A stretch of DNA of 28,841 bases from Campylobacterota bacterium (lineage in GTDB: Bacteria; Campylobacterota; Campylobacteria; Campylobacterales; Sulfurovaceae): NCBI GenBank assembly GCA_034722955.1, contig JAYEOM010000137.1, forward strand, positions 1 to 28,841, given 5' to 3'. Each line of letters starts with the position of its first letter. The first letter of the stretch is position 1. Below are positions 18,465 through 28,841 of the stretch, one piece after another. The notes below the pieces were generated by a model, which searched no databases, was not told the origin of the DNA, and saw nothing but the letters and a program-made list of their open reading frames with translations. A program made the translations under genes and the position numbers.

Positions 18465-18489
18465 AGAGACCAAGCAGAGACCAAGCAGA
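18465..18489 (+). repeat. 11-bp tandem duplication (AGAGACCAAGC x2 + AGA) in the rpoD leader
   Basis: Copies at 18465-18475 and 18476-18486, downstream of TATAAT at 18434-18439. Confidence 0.85.
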
Positions 18490-18528
18490 AAGTGATGCTT
18501 GTATCCTAAAAACACAAGGACCTCATTT

Positions 18529-20373
18529 ATGGCAGCAAAAGATAGTATCAAACGAACAGAAGAGCTCTTCAGTGTCAAGAAAAAGGGTGATGTTATAACC
18601 TTTGAGAATATTGCAAAAGAGTATAATAAACAGATTACTGCATCTCAAGCAAAAAAGATCAAAACCTATTCTGAAAAATACAATATTAAGATGATTTCAG
18701 CTTCTGAATATGCCAAATATCTCTCTGCCAAAGAGGCAAAAAGACGAGAAGCCTCTAGAAAAAAGATGACAGAGAACAACTTGGATGAGGAGTTTGACTT
18801 CACCAAAGAGAAAGAGCTGCTTGAGTGGAGCCGTAGTGACAGTCCTGTGCGTATGTATCTTCGTGAAATGGGTAAAATCCCTCTCCTCACCAAAGAGGAG
18901 GAGGTGTATCTCAGTAAACAGATCGAAGAGGGTGAAGATGTTATCATCGATGCTATATGCTCTGTGCCATACCTCATAGACTACATCATCAACTATCGTG
19001 AACCTCTTCTAAACAGAGAACGGCGCGTAAAGGAGCTCTTCAAGAGCTTTGAGGATGCCGGCAATAGTGATGATAGTGATGGAGATGAAGAGGTTAGTGA
19101 CAGCAGTGAATCTGCCAAAGACAACAAACGCGTCAAGCAAGTTGTCGATAGCTTCAAACTGCTTGAAAAAAATAAAAAAGAGTGGATGAGAGCAAGAGAA
19201 GAACTTCATAAACTCCAAGATAGTGATACAGATGATAACGCCATTATCCATGAAAGGCTAAAGATAGCCTTCAGAAAAGAGCAGCTCAAAAATGCACTGC
19301 TTGATCTAGGTCCTACTAGTAAACTGATCAATGAACTAGTCAAAGCGATGGAGACAGCACTCAAGAGTGATGACTCTTTTGACAAAGAGCTCAAACGACT
19401 AGAGTATAAACTTCCGCTGTTTAACGATATACTCAAAGCAAATCACCAAAAAATTCTTGACAATATTATCAAGATGAATAAAGAGGATATATCCAACTCT
19501 GTCCCTGAGACTACAATGGTCAGCACTTATGTTGAGATCAAAAAACTCTTTGAGACACGCGAAGCTAGTAAAGATAGTTTCGACCTTGATCCCGCAAAAC
19601 TTGAAGAGATCCTCAATCAGATCCGTCAAGGTAAAGCTCAAAGTGAAAAAGCTAAAACCAGAATGGCAAAATCAAATCTTAGACTTGTCGTCTCTATAGC
19701 CAAACGATATACCAATCGCGGACTCCCTTTCCTAGATCTGATACAGGAGGGAAATATTGGTTTGATGAAAGCTGTTGATAAGTTTGAATACCAAAAGGGT
19801 TATAAATTTTCTACCTACGCAACATGGTGGATTCGCCAAGCTATCTCTAGAGCTATTGCCGATCAGGCACGCACAATCCGTATCCCGATCCATATGATAG
19901 AGACGATCAATCGTATCAACAAAATCATCAGAAAATATCTCCAAGAGACAGGTAAAGAGCCCGATATAGATACTATAGCAAAAGAGGTTGGTCTCTCTGT
20001 CGATAAGGTCAAAAATGTCATCAAGATCACAAAAGAACCAGTCTCACTAGAGACACCTGTCGGAGATGAGGATGATGGAAGATTTGGTGATTTCATAGAG
20101 GACAAAGATACTCTCAGTCCTACAGATGTAGTCCTAAAAGATGACTTAAACAACCAGATCGACGAGGTACTTGATCAGCTCAACGAGAGAGAGAAAGCTG
20201 TAGTTCGTATGCGATTTGGTCTTTTGGATGACGAGAGTGATCGCACCCTCGAAGAGATAGGCAAAGCACTCAATGTCACAAGAGAACGAGTTAGACAGAT
20301 AGAGTCCTCAGCGATAAAAAAACTCAAACATCCAAAAGTTGGACGAAAACTTAAAAACTATATAGAGGAGTAG
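18529..20373 (+). CDS. rpoD: RNA polymerase primary sigma factor
   Basis: [38 protein letters not shown], region 4 [19 protein letters not shown]. Start moved from the TTG at 18499 to the ATG at 18529, which has AAGGA at 18516-18520. Confidence 0.97.
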   Translation: MAAKDSIKRTEELFSVKKKGDVITFENIAKEYNKQITASQAKKIKTYSEKYNIKMISASEYAKYLSAKEAKRREASRKKMTENNLDEEFDFTKEKELLEWSRSDSPVRMYLREMGKIPLLTKEEEVYLSKQIEEGEDVIIDAICSVPYLIDYIINYREPLLNRERRVKELFKSFEDAGNSDDSDGDEEVSDSSESAKDNKRVKQVVDSFKLLEKNKKEWMRAREELHKLQDSDTDDNAIIHERLKIAFRKEQLKNALLDLGPTSKLINELVKAMETALKSDDSFDKELKRLEYKLPLFNDILKANHQKILDNIIKMNKEDISNSVPETTMVSTYVEIKKLFETREASKDSFDLDPAKLEEILNQIRQGKAQSEKAKTRMAKSNLRLVVSIAKRYTNRGLPFLDLIQEGNIGLMKAVDKFEYQKGYKFSTYATWWIRQAISRAIADQARTIRIPIHMIETINRINKIIRKYLQETGKEPDIDTIAKEVGLSVDKVKNVIKITKEPVSLETPVGDEDDGRFGDFIEDKDTLSPTDVVLKDDLNNQIDEVLDQLNEREKAVVRMRFGLLDDESDRTLEEIGKALNVTRERVRQIESSAIKKLKHPKVGRKLKNYIEE

Positions 20374-20398
20374 TTAATAGTTTTGTTGACTATTAGTC

Positions 20399-20459
20399 GA
20401 GGTCAGGTATCGACTGTTTCATTCAGCTACGCTTCACAAAACACTCAACACCAGACCCC
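20399..20459. repeat. Degenerate ~61-bp inverted-repeat element (REP/MITE-like)
   Basis: Arm GAGGTCAGGTATCGACTGTTT (20399-20419) versus arm AAACACTCAACACCAGACCCC (20439-20459): 16 of 21 positions complementary. Confidence 0.55.
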
Positions 20460-20486
20460 TAGTATCTATAAATAGAGAGGTGAACC

Positions 20487-21242
20487 ATGTCCAAACCGAA
20501 AATATTTGCCCTTATCATAGGTACAGAGATACTCAATCGCCGCAGGATAGACAAACATTTTGATTTTGTCTCTAGTACAGTAGCCTCCTATGGTCAAAAA
20601 CTCTCTGGTTCACTTATCATAGAGGATGATCCCGCACTGATAGTGCAGACGCTTCGTTTTCTATCATCTCAACCCAATGCTATCATCTTTAGTTTTGGAG
20701 GTATCGGCTCTACTCCAGATGACTATACACGCAAGTGTGCGGCTATCGCACTGAGGGATGGACAACTGCATACACACCCTCAAGCCAAGACAATCATAGA
20801 GGAGAGACTAGGCAAAGATGCTTATCCACACCCTATCATGATGGCAGAGTTGCCAAAAGGTGCAGAACTTCTGTATAATCCTATCAACAATATGCCTGCC
20901 TTCTCACTGGATGAACGCTACTTTTTTATGCCTGGATTTCCTGAGATGAGTCATCCTATGGTAACAGAGATACTAGAGAGACTATTTGAGACCAAAGAGA
21001 GTTATCATAGATATACCATGACAGCACTATGCAGAGAGAATGAACTCATCGATGTGATGAGGCAGATGCCCCAAAGTGTAGAGTTCTCATCCCTTCCCAA
21101 GCTCTACAGCGATGGGTGGAGAGTCTCCATATCTGTTGCATCTCATGATGACAAAGAGGCAAAGAGAGCATTTCAAATGTATATCGATAGAGTAGAAGAT
21201 CAAGCAATCCCCTACTCTTTGATAGATGAATCCAACTATTAA
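20487..21242 (+). CDS. CinA-like molybdopterin-binding-domain protein (no PncC domain)
   Basis: IIGTEIL, GGIGSTPDDYT, NP..MPAF, MPGFPEM; only 251 aa. Confidence 0.85.
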   Translation: MSKPKIFALIIGTEILNRRRIDKHFDFVSSTVASYGQKLSGSLIIEDDPALIVQTLRFLSSQPNAIIFSFGGIGSTPDDYTRKCAAIALRDGQLHTHPQAKTIIEERLGKDAYPHPIMMAELPKGAELLYNPINNMPAFSLDERYFFMPGFPEMSHPMVTEILERLFETKESYHRYTMTALCRENELIDVMRQMPQSVEFSSLPKLYSDGWRVSISVASHDDKEAKRAFQMYIDRVEDQAIPYSLIDESNY

Positions 21243-21254
21243 GTATCTAAAACT

Positions 21255-22439
21255 TTGAGCTATATCGATACACTAAAACACCCTATCATAGGTAGACTTT
21301 CACTTATCCAGCTGATATCCTATTTTGGAACTTGGTTTTCTCAAGTTGCTATCTTCTCTATGCTGGTTGCCTACGGAGCAGATGAGGTGACGATAGCACT
21401 TGTTGCGGCTATGGGGATGCTCCCTGCTGTTGTGTTGGCACCTGTTATTGGGATCATAATAGATCGCATTCCCTTCAAAAAACTGATGATGATACTACTC
21501 ATCATAGAGATAGTGATAACACTATCTTTTATACTGATCGACTCTTTAGAGTATGTTTGGGTATTGATGATCTTGATCTTCATCCGTTCATCTGCTGCCT
21601 CTATGCTATTCTCGGCAGAGATGGCACTCTTCCCCAAAATACTAAAAGGCAAAATGCTCAAAAACACCAATGAGATACACTCTATCATCTGGTCACTCTG
21701 CTACGCTTCTGGGATGGCAGTGGGTGGATTGGCGACCTACTATATGGGATTTGACACTGCTTTTCTCATAGATGCACTTCTCTACACTATAGCTCTGTTT
21801 ATCCTGCTTGGACTTCAACTATCCCTAGATCAGGAGATCCATCGTGACTCCAACTGGGTGATGTTCAAAGAGGGATTTGCCTACTTTTTATCACATAAAA
21901 AAATCATACATCTCGTACTCCTGCATGCAGCACTAGGTTTTACCTCTTTCGATGCACTGGTCACACTATTGGCAGATTTTGACTACAAAGAGATCATAGC
22001 TGTCCCACTGGCTATCGGGTGGATGAATGCCACGCGTGCAGTTGCACTGATGATCGGTCCATTTTTTGTCACAAATATTATCAACAAAAAGACTCTACAC
22101 TACTTTTTCATACTTGAGGGGTTGGGGATCATACTATGGTCACAGCTACAGTTCAACTTCTATCTGGGTCTCATTGGACTCTTTGCCGCAGGCTTCTTCA
22201 CCACAACTCTATGGTCATACACCTATCTACTCATCCAAGAGGAGATCAATCCTAGATTTATGGGTCGTGTCATCTCCTATAATGATATGTTTTTTATGCT
22301 TGTCAATGTCTTTGTAGCACTCTTTATAGGTTATGGTGCAGAGTGGGGATTGAGTCTGGAGAGTATTACTATTATTTTAGGGATGGGGTTCATAGCAACA
22401 GCTGGATACTATAGATGGTTTCAAAAGCACTATCTCTAA
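21255..22439 (+). CDS. MFS transporter (H+ antiporter-like)
   Basis: About 12 hydrophobic segments, GIIIDR motif A, P.FMGRV.S. The TTG start is uncertain because no clear RBS is visible. Confidence 0.88.
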   Translation: MSYIDTLKHPIIGRLSLIQLISYFGTWFSQVAIFSMLVAYGADEVTIALVAAMGMLPAVVLAPVIGIIIDRIPFKKLMMILLIIEIVITLSFILIDSLEYVWVLMILIFIRSSAASMLFSAEMALFPKILKGKMLKNTNEIHSIIWSLCYASGMAVGGLATYYMGFDTAFLIDALLYTIALFILLGLQLSLDQEIHRDSNWVMFKEGFAYFLSHKKIIHLVLLHAALGFTSFDALVTLLADFDYKEIIAVPLAIGWMNATRAVALMIGPFFVTNIINKKTLHYFFILEGLGIILWSQLQFNFYLGLIGLFAAGFFTTTLWSYTYLLIQEEINPRFMGRVISYNDMFFMLVNVFVALFIGYGAEWGLSLESITIILGMGFIATAGYYRWFQKHYL

Positions 22440-22466
22440 CGAATCTTTCCAGCCAAAATTTAGTAT

Positions 22467-23519
22467 CTATATGGTTTTATTGCTAACACTATCTTCTCTT
22501 CTCTTCATACGCATTTTATGTTTTGCCACCTCTCTCATATCGGCATCACTGTCACTCTCATCAACGATCTCAACACCCAATATAGTCTCAACACAATCCT
22601 CTAGTGTCACAATACCTTCAGTCTGATCATAGCTGTCAAGCACCAAAAACATATGCTCTTTTTTCTTTATAAAGAGGTCTAGTGCTACTGAAACAGGAAT
22701 ATTTTCATTGATCTTAAAAATAATTTTTTGAATACTTTTCAGTTGTACACTATCATCAATGAGTGCCTCTTTGAAAATTTTCTTTGTCATCACCATACCT
22801 GTAATATTTTCAATATTTCCATCATATACAGGTACTCTTGAGAATTTAAAAATCTCCTCTTCATTATACATGATATCTTTGATGGTTCGACTACCATCCA
22901 AGCCGAATACTACGGTTCGAGGGGTGAGTATCTTATCTACTTTTATCCTGTCTAGTAGCAAAATATTCTCTATGATATCAGACTCTTTCTCATCCAATAC
23001 ACCTTCATCTTCACTCATGAGTGTACTCTCGATAAGTTCGGCTTTAGTGAGACTCGTATGCTCATCAAGTTTTTTGATACGATTTGTTACAAAAAGTGTC
23101 ATCAGTATGATGGGGTATGTTATCCAGATAAAAAATCTTATCACATAGCTAGCGACAGGTGCTAGAGACTTCCAGTGGGTCGCCCCTATTGTCTTGGGAA
23201 TAATCTCTGAAATAAACAAAATAGCGAATGTAAGTACAATAGAGACATAAAATACAGCACCCGTACCATAAATACTCTCTGCTTGTGCCCCGACAGCAGC
23301 TGCACCAAGTGTATTGGCAATGGTATTTAGGATCAAGATAGATGCTATCGATTTATTGATACCTATCTTCTGGGCTCTCAAGAGTGCCCCAGCACGAGGA
23401 CTATCTTTTTCCAGTACTGAGACATAAGCCATATTGACTGAGAGCAGAACAGACTCCAAAACAGAGCAGATGAACGATATCATTACGGCTAGCGTAAAAT
23501 ATAGAATTAATAGATCCAT
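22467..23519 (-). CDS. CNNM/DUF21 + CBS-pair membrane protein (CorB/TlyC-like)
   Basis: SFICSVLES, ILILNTIAN, EIIPKTIG, TPR, FSRVPVY, GIVTLEDCVE. Confidence 0.9.
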   Translation of the reverse strand: MDLLILYFTLAVMISFICSVLESVLLSVNMAYVSVLEKDSPRAGALLRAQKIGINKSIASILILNTIANTLGAAAVGAQAESIYGTGAVFYVSIVLTFAILFISEIIPKTIGATHWKSLAPVASYVIRFFIWITYPIILMTLFVTNRIKKLDEHTSLTKAELIESTLMSEDEGVLDEKESDIIENILLLDRIKVDKILTPRTVVFGLDGSRTIKDIMYNEEEIFKFSRVPVYDGNIENITGMVMTKKIFKEALIDDSVQLKSIQKIIFKINENIPVSVALDLFIKKKEHMFLVLDSYDQTEGIVTLEDCVETILGVEIVDESDSDADMREVAKHKMRMKRREDSVSNKTI

Positions 23520-23581
23520 TGTGTGTAAACTTATCCTTTAGAATTTAGAGTTAAAATCGTGTCCGATTGAAATAAAACAGT

Positions 23582-23590
23582 AGTATATCA
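23582..23590 (-). promoter_or_regulatory. Extended -10 promoter (TGATATACT) for the CNNM gene
   Basis: TGnTATACT on the minus strand about 62 nt upstream of the start. Confidence 0.4.
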
Positions 23591-23741
23591 AAAATATTAA
23601 AAATTATAGAGAATAGTTTAAAAATACAAAGTCAACAACCTTTATATAAGATTTGGGTAAAATATCTTTCAAAAATTCGGGGCAATCTCTGAGGTCTCTT
23701 CTATTCCTCAAATCCCCCTCGATAAAGTATAGGATATACCA

Positions 23742-26375
23742 ATGTTTACAAGCATCACAAAGATTTTTAGTTCTGCCAATGACAAGACAGTCAAAAGATA
23801 TCTCAAGAGAGCCAAACTTATCAATCAACTAGAGTCAACCTATGAGGTGATGAGTGATGAGGAGCTACAAGCCTCTTTTTCTACACTCAGATCAGCAGTA
23901 TATGATGGAGAGAAATCTCTCGATGATGTCCTCAATGACTCTTTTGCTATCACTAGAGAAGCATCCAAGAGAGTCTTGGGATTACGCCATTACGATGTAC
24001 AGTTAGTAGGAGGGATGGTGCTAAATGACTGCGACATTGCCGAGATGAAAACAGGTGAGGGTAAGACCCTAGTAGCAACCCTCGCTGTATGCCTCAATGC
24101 TATGAGAGGAAAAGGTGTCCATGTTATAACAGTCAATGATTATCTAGCGAGTCGTGATGCCCAAGAGATGGGTGTGCTTTATGAGTTTCTAGGATATAGT
24201 GTTGGCTGTATCACTGCCGATGTACATGATGAGATGAGTCGAAAAGCTCAATACGCTTCAGATATCGTCTATGGTACAAATAATGAGTATGGATTTGACT
24301 ATCTTCGTGACAATATGAAAGTCCGTGAAGATGAAAAGGTACAGAGAGAGCACTACTATGCTATCGTCGATGAAGTGGACTCCATCCTCATCGATGAGGC
24401 ACGAACGCCACTTATCATCTCAGGACCTACACAGAGAGATGCCAACCACTATCCAAAAGCCAATGCCATAGCCATACAGATGGAAAAGGGTGAAAAGGGG
24501 GAGACAAAAGCAGGTGAACCAGAGGTCACAACAGGTGACTTTATCGTAGATGAAAAAAACAGAACTATCGTAATGACAGAACAGGGACTTGAAAAAGCAC
24601 AAGATCTTTTTGAGGTGGAAAATCTCTATAGCCTCGAAAATGCTGTCCTATCGCACCATCTTGACCAAGCCCTAAAAGCACAATATCTTTTTGAAAAAGA
24701 TGTAGATTATGTAGTCAATAACAATGAAGTTGTTATAGTTGATGAGTTTACAGGTCGTCTATCTGAGGGACGACGCTATAGCGAAGGACTGCACCAAGCT
24801 CTCGAAGCAAAAGAGGGTGTAGAGATCCAGGAGGAGTCACAGACACTAGCAGAGATCACTTACCAAAACTACTTTAGGCACTACGAGAAGCTTGCGGGTA
24901 TGACAGGAACAGCACAGACAGAGGCGACAGAGTTTGCACAGATTTACAGCTTGGATGTTGTCTCTATCCCTACCAACCTTCCGCTTATCAGGTTTGACAA
25001 AAACGACCTCATATACAATACTGAGAAAGAGAAACTAGATGCAGTTGTAGCTAAAGTCAAAGAGTTGCACAAAAAAGGGCAGCCCGTCCTCATCGGAACA
25101 GCCTCTATCGAAAAGAGTGAAATGATCGATGCCCGTCTCAAAAAAGAGAAGATCCCTCACAATATGCTCAATGCCAAAAATCATGAACAAGAGGCACAGA
25201 TCATTATGGATGCAGGTCAACAGGCAGCTGTGACAGTCGCTACCAATATGGCAGGAAGGGGTGTGGATATCAAGATAGATGACAGAGTCCGCAACCTTGG
25301 TGGTCTCTATATCCTCGGTACAGAACGCCATGAGAGTCGTAGAATAGACAACCAGCTAAGAGGACGGAGTGGTCGTCAGGGTGATGCTGGTGAGAGTCAG
25401 TTTTATCTCAGTCTCGATGACAATCTTTTGCGTATCTTTGGTGGAGACAAGATCAGAAACATTATGAATAAACTTGGCGTTGAAGAGGGTGAATTTATCG
25501 ACTCCAAAATCGTCACTAGAAGTGTCGAAAAGGCACAGAAGAAAGTCGAAAATATGCACTACGAATCAAGAAAAAATATTCTTGAGTATGATGATGTTGC
25601 AAACCACCAACGAAAAGCGATCTATGCCTTTAGAAATCAACTACTCGATCCTGAGTATGATATGGCATCAAAGATCAAAGAGAATAGAGCAGAGTACCTC
25701 AATAACCATATGTTTGAGTGTGAAATCTTTGATGGTGCCCCGCAAGAGGACTACAATCTAGAAAAACTCACCGCTATGATCAAGGAGGAGTTGACTATTG
25801 AGATCGATACAACAATACTAGAGAACAAAGAGCAAAATGAGATTTTTGATACTATCACAGAGATACTTGAAAATCAGTATGAAGATAAGATGTCTGCTAT
25901 CCATCCTGATCATCGTGCAGAGATAGAGAGTGTCCTATACCTCAGAGTTCTAGATCCTGAGTGGAGAGATCACCTATATGAGATGGATGTACTCAAGACA
26001 GGTATCGGGCTGAGAGGGTATAACCAGAAAGATCCACTCACTGAGTACAAGCAGGATAGCTACAAACTTTTCCAAGACCTGATAGTGCGTATCAAATTTG
26101 AAGCGATCAAGATACTCCATCTTGTTCAGTTTGATTTTGGCAGTCAAGAGGAGGAGGAGCAAGCAGTAGAAGAGATCAAAAATGAACTTGAAACATCAGT
26201 AGAGGAGACCACTCTCAATCAATCTTTTGAAGAGGGTGCGATCAATGATCAAGTTACAAAGCCTATCACCGGTACAAAAAAACCAAAACGAAATGATCCT
26301 TGTCCTTGCGGAAGTGGCAAAAAATACAAAAATTGCTGCGGCAGAAGCGGACCAAAAAAAGGACTGCTTGCCTAA
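23742..26375 (+). CDS. secA: Preprotein translocase ATPase SecA
   Basis: [53 protein letters not shown] motif [17 protein letters not shown]. Confidence 0.98.
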   Translation: MFTSITKIFSSANDKTVKRYLKRAKLINQLESTYEVMSDEELQASFSTLRSAVYDGEKSLDDVLNDSFAITREASKRVLGLRHYDVQLVGGMVLNDCDIAEMKTGEGKTLVATLAVCLNAMRGKGVHVITVNDYLASRDAQEMGVLYEFLGYSVGCITADVHDEMSRKAQYASDIVYGTNNEYGFDYLRDNMKVREDEKVQREHYYAIVDEVDSILIDEARTPLIISGPTQRDANHYPKANAIAIQMEKGEKGETKAGEPEVTTGDFIVDEKNRTIVMTEQGLEKAQDLFEVENLYSLENAVLSHHLDQALKAQYLFEKDVDYVVNNNEVVIVDEFTGRLSEGRRYSEGLHQALEAKEGVEIQEESQTLAEITYQNYFRHYEKLAGMTGTAQTEATEFAQIYSLDVVSIPTNLPLIRFDKNDLIYNTEKEKLDAVVAKVKELHKKGQPVLIGTASIEKSEMIDARLKKEKIPHNMLNAKNHEQEAQIIMDAGQQAAVTVATNMAGRGVDIKIDDRVRNLGGLYILGTERHESRRIDNQLRGRSGRQGDAGESQFYLSLDDNLLRIFGGDKIRNIMNKLGVEEGEFIDSKIVTRSVEKAQKKVENMHYESRKNILEYDDVANHQRKAIYAFRNQLLDPEYDMASKIKENRAEYLNNHMFECEIFDGAPQEDYNLEKLTAMIKEELTIEIDTTILENKEQNEIFDTITEILENQYEDKMSAIHPDHRAEIESVLYLRVLDPEWRDHLYEMDVLKTGIGLRGYNQKDPLTEYKQDSYKLFQDLIVRIKFEAIKILHLVQFDFGSQEEEEQAVEEIKNELETSVEETTLNQSFEEGAINDQVTKPITGTKKPKRNDPCPCGSGKKYKNCCGRSGPKKGLLA

Positions 26376-27590
26376 ATGAGTAGGAGTACCCCTGATAGAC
26401 GACTGATCTATAAAATCATCCGACACTATCTTCGTTATGACAAGGACAATCCCTTTATCTTTGTCTCAGCACTCTTGGCATTTTTTGGGATTGCAGCAGG
26501 GGTTATGGTGCTGATGGTCGCTATGGGGATTATGAATGGAACACAAAAAGAGTTTGCTCAGAGACTCTTTGTGATGAACTATCCACTCACCATACTTCCC
26601 ATGGATGAGGATGTCGTCAACGATACACTTATAGTGAAACTTAAAGAGCAGTTTCCGCATTTACAATTTAGCCCCTACTACTCAACTCAAGTTATTACCA
26701 AAAATGATGGATTTGTGCAGGGAAGCCTTCTCTATGGTATAGATTTTGCACAAGAGAGCCGTATCAATCCGGTATTTGCCAAAGCCAAAGGTCAAAATAG
26801 CAGTAGATTCAAAGTGGTCATAGGTGACTCTCTTGCCAATGATATGAATGCATACCAAGATGATAAAGTAACACTCTACTTCTCCGAGCAGCAGGCGATC
26901 GGGTTTGGGACTATGCCGCTTCAAAAACGCTTTGTTATCGATGCTATATTTGACTCGGGACTCAATGCATATGATAAAGCTATCATGTATACAACACTAG
27001 AGGCATTTGAAAAACTTCTCAAACGCAAAAAAGGTTTTTATGATGGCTTGCATATCTTTACTGATGAGCCTCTAGAAGAGATAGATGCCATACGAAAAGC
27101 TCTGCCTGAGACCATCATCATAGAGGGATGGTGGCAACAAAATGGCAGTTTTTTTGCAGCTATGGAGATGGAGAAAAAAGCCCTTTTTCTAGTACTGCTC
27201 TTGATCATTCTCGTTGCTTCACTCAATATCATCTCTTCACTCTTGATGACTGTGATGAGCAGGAGAAGTGAAATAGCTCTTATGCGTACTCTAGGAGCAA
27301 CAAAAAATGAGATCAAAGGTATATTCTTTCGTTTGGGTGTGATCATAGGTATAGGAGGTATTATCGCAGGTACACTGCTGGGAGTTTTGGGTATATGGCT
27401 ATTGAAAACTTTTGATATCATCTCTCTGCCCGCCGATGTATACGGAACTAGTAAACTCCCTGTAGAACTCACGATGAGTGATTTTGGACTGATCATACTA
27501 GGTACAACTATCATTATCCTCCTCTCCTCTCTATATCCTGCCAAAAAAGCAGCCCAGACGGATCCTCTGCATGTATTGAGAAATGAGTAG
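26376..27590 (+). CDS. Lipoprotein-releasing ABC transporter permease (LolC/E/LolF family)
   Basis: GIAAGV..L.VAMGIMNG, AMEMEKK, LNIISSL, EIALMRTLGA, YPAKKAA..DP...LRNE. Abuts secA. Confidence 0.9.
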   Translation: MSRSTPDRRLIYKIIRHYLRYDKDNPFIFVSALLAFFGIAAGVMVLMVAMGIMNGTQKEFAQRLFVMNYPLTILPMDEDVVNDTLIVKLKEQFPHLQFSPYYSTQVITKNDGFVQGSLLYGIDFAQESRINPVFAKAKGQNSSRFKVVIGDSLANDMNAYQDDKVTLYFSEQQAIGFGTMPLQKRFVIDAIFDSGLNAYDKAIMYTTLEAFEKLLKRKKGFYDGLHIFTDEPLEEIDAIRKALPETIIIEGWWQQNGSFFAAMEMEKKALFLVLLLIILVASLNIISSLLMTVMSRRSEIALMRTLGATKNEIKGIFFRLGVIIGIGGIIAGTLLGVLGIWLLKTFDIISLPADVYGTSKLPVELTMSDFGLIILGTTIIILLSSLYPAKKAAQTDPLHVLRNE

Positions 27591-27596
27591 TTAGGA

Positions 27597-28841
27597 TTAT
27601 CTCTTCTTGTTTTTTAATTTTGAAGGAATATCAAGGGTTCTCTGAATCATCTTGAAAGGTAGAGTCAGTGTATCTTTGATTGGGCTTATTTTGACTCTTG
27701 GATTATCTAGAGTGCCAGAGATATGAAGTCCTATTGTTATGATACTTTTCTTTTCACCAGCCAATACATATCCTACTACCGGTAGACTACCCAATATCTG
27801 TCCTACAGGTTTAGCAGCTTGGATTGCCAAGTCAATATTGACTTTTTTTGTATCTAGATCGATCACACCATCTCCGGATATTGTAGCAGACCCTCCCTCT
27901 ATCAGTACAGAATCAAAGTGAAGTTTTTTATTATTTAAAATTGTGAACTCTATAGTACCTCTCTTTATCTTAAATCCTCTACTGCTAAACCCTGGAGAGT
28001 TTAGTGTTGCAAGTGCCGGAATGGTATTGATAAATGCCAAAGCATTATTGTATGCTTTAAAGTTACTCATCACTCCACCATCCAAAGTGATCACACCTTT
28101 CATCTTTTTTTTAGGTATGCCAGACATCATAACAGAGTATCGTCCTCTCTGAAGACCATCAAAATTGATCAAAGGGTGCAGCATTTTATCATGGATGCGA
28201 TCTGCCCTGATCTCTAATTTTGTTTTTCTCTTTCTAACTGTAACCGCGTCAGATCCTAATGTACCTCTAAAGTAAAAATCACCGCCTGGTAAAATATCCA
28301 AATCATATCTATCAGTCAAAAGCTTATGTGTATCATATCTCAAGGTACTCTTTTTGGCGATAACCTTTATCTTTTGTGATATACCACTATCACTATCTGA
28401 GCGATTTTTCTGATCCTTATCGACCGTTTCAAAATACTGTTTTAGATCAAGATTGAGGTGATTGAGTTTGACTGTAGATGTACTGGAATTAAATACAAAA
28501 CGATCCTGGAATGCTTTTAAGATCAAATTATCTTTCGAAAAATAGCCATCTATAGGTATCTGAGTCAAACAAGCTGAATCCTTTTCATAAATAAAGCAGT
28601 CATATCGTTTAAGTAACCCTTGAAATGTATAACGCTTATAGTTATCTGTCTGGATCTTCAGATTCCCACCATCAAGAGTAAGTGGTAAATTTTTTAGACT
28701 TCTCTTGATCTTGGATAGATCTCTCATATTTATCACTGCTGATCCATTTTTCTGAGAGATATTGATCGATGTTTTCAGTGTAGGCATAGAGATCTTTATA
28801 CTATTTTTATACTCTATCTTCATAGGAAGTTTACTCTTTTT
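27597..28841 (-). CDS. AsmA/YhdP-like protein, C-terminal part (start lies beyond the window)
   Basis: Frame is open to the window edge (KKSKLP precedes M28823). AsmA_2-like C-terminus ISGDG.IDL....LPVVGYVL.G.....ISGTLDNP.V. Confidence 0.8.
   Translation of the reverse strand, partial: KKSKLPMKIEYKNSIKISMPTLKTSINISQKNGSAVINMRDLSKIKRSLKNLPLTLDGGNLKIQTDNYKRYTFQGLLKRYDCFIYEKDSACLTQIPIDGYFSKDNLILKAFQDRFVFNSSTSTVKLNHLNLDLKQYFETVDKDQKNRSDSDSGISQKIKVIAKKSTLRYDTHKLLTDRYDLDILPGGDFYFRGTLGSDAVTVRKRKTKLEIRADRIHDKMLHPLINFDGLQRGRYSVMMSGIPKKKMKGVITLDGGVMSNFKAYNNALAFINTIPALATLNSPGFSSRGFKIKRGTIEFTILNNKKLHFDSVLIEGGSATISGDGVIDLDTKKVNIDLAIQAAKPVGQILGSLPVVGYVLAGEKKSIITIGLHISGTLDNPRVKISPIKDTLTLPFKMIQRTLDIPSKLKNKKR

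Noticed and set aside
18499..18528. TTG start for rpoD given by the ORF track
   Set aside because: No RBS, and it lies in a hairpin; ATG 18529 has AAGGA at suitable spacing.
7511..28152. Many 60-170 aa ORFs nested in or antisense to long genes (e.g. 7511-8005, 22759-23148, 27038-27544)
   Set aside because: They lie within well-supported genes and show no recognisable motifs; expected shadow ORFs.

Overview
AT-rich chromosomal window from a campylobacterote (Epsilonproteobacteria). A Sulfurovum-like organism is inferred from protein style and gene order; this was not checked by search. Most of the window is housekeeping: acnB (partial), ftsK, HU, tRNA-Leu(CAA)/Gly(TCC)/Gly(GCC), an ATE/Bpt-family aminoacyl transferase, a 7TM-DISM diguanylate cyclase, glyS, trmL, purU, leuB, leuD, rpoD, a CinA-like protein, an MFS transporter, a CNNM/CBS protein, secA, a LolC/E permease and a partial AsmA/YhdP-like gene. 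The exception is a ~5.8 kb accessory block between purU and leuB. It holds an orphan Wzc tyrosine kinase transcribed divergently from a three-gene operon of exported proteins: a P-domain/LamG protein, a DUF4214 (S-layer-anchor-like) protein and an 85-aa peptide carrying both a twin-arginine motif and a lasso-leader-type YxxPxLxxxG motif. This block is the best candidate for an undescribed cell-surface system. Two small ORFs missed by the ORF track, an aberrant tRNA-Leu next to the transferase gene, and several small non-coding structures are also noted. No CRISPR array, rRNA, integrase or transposase was seen.
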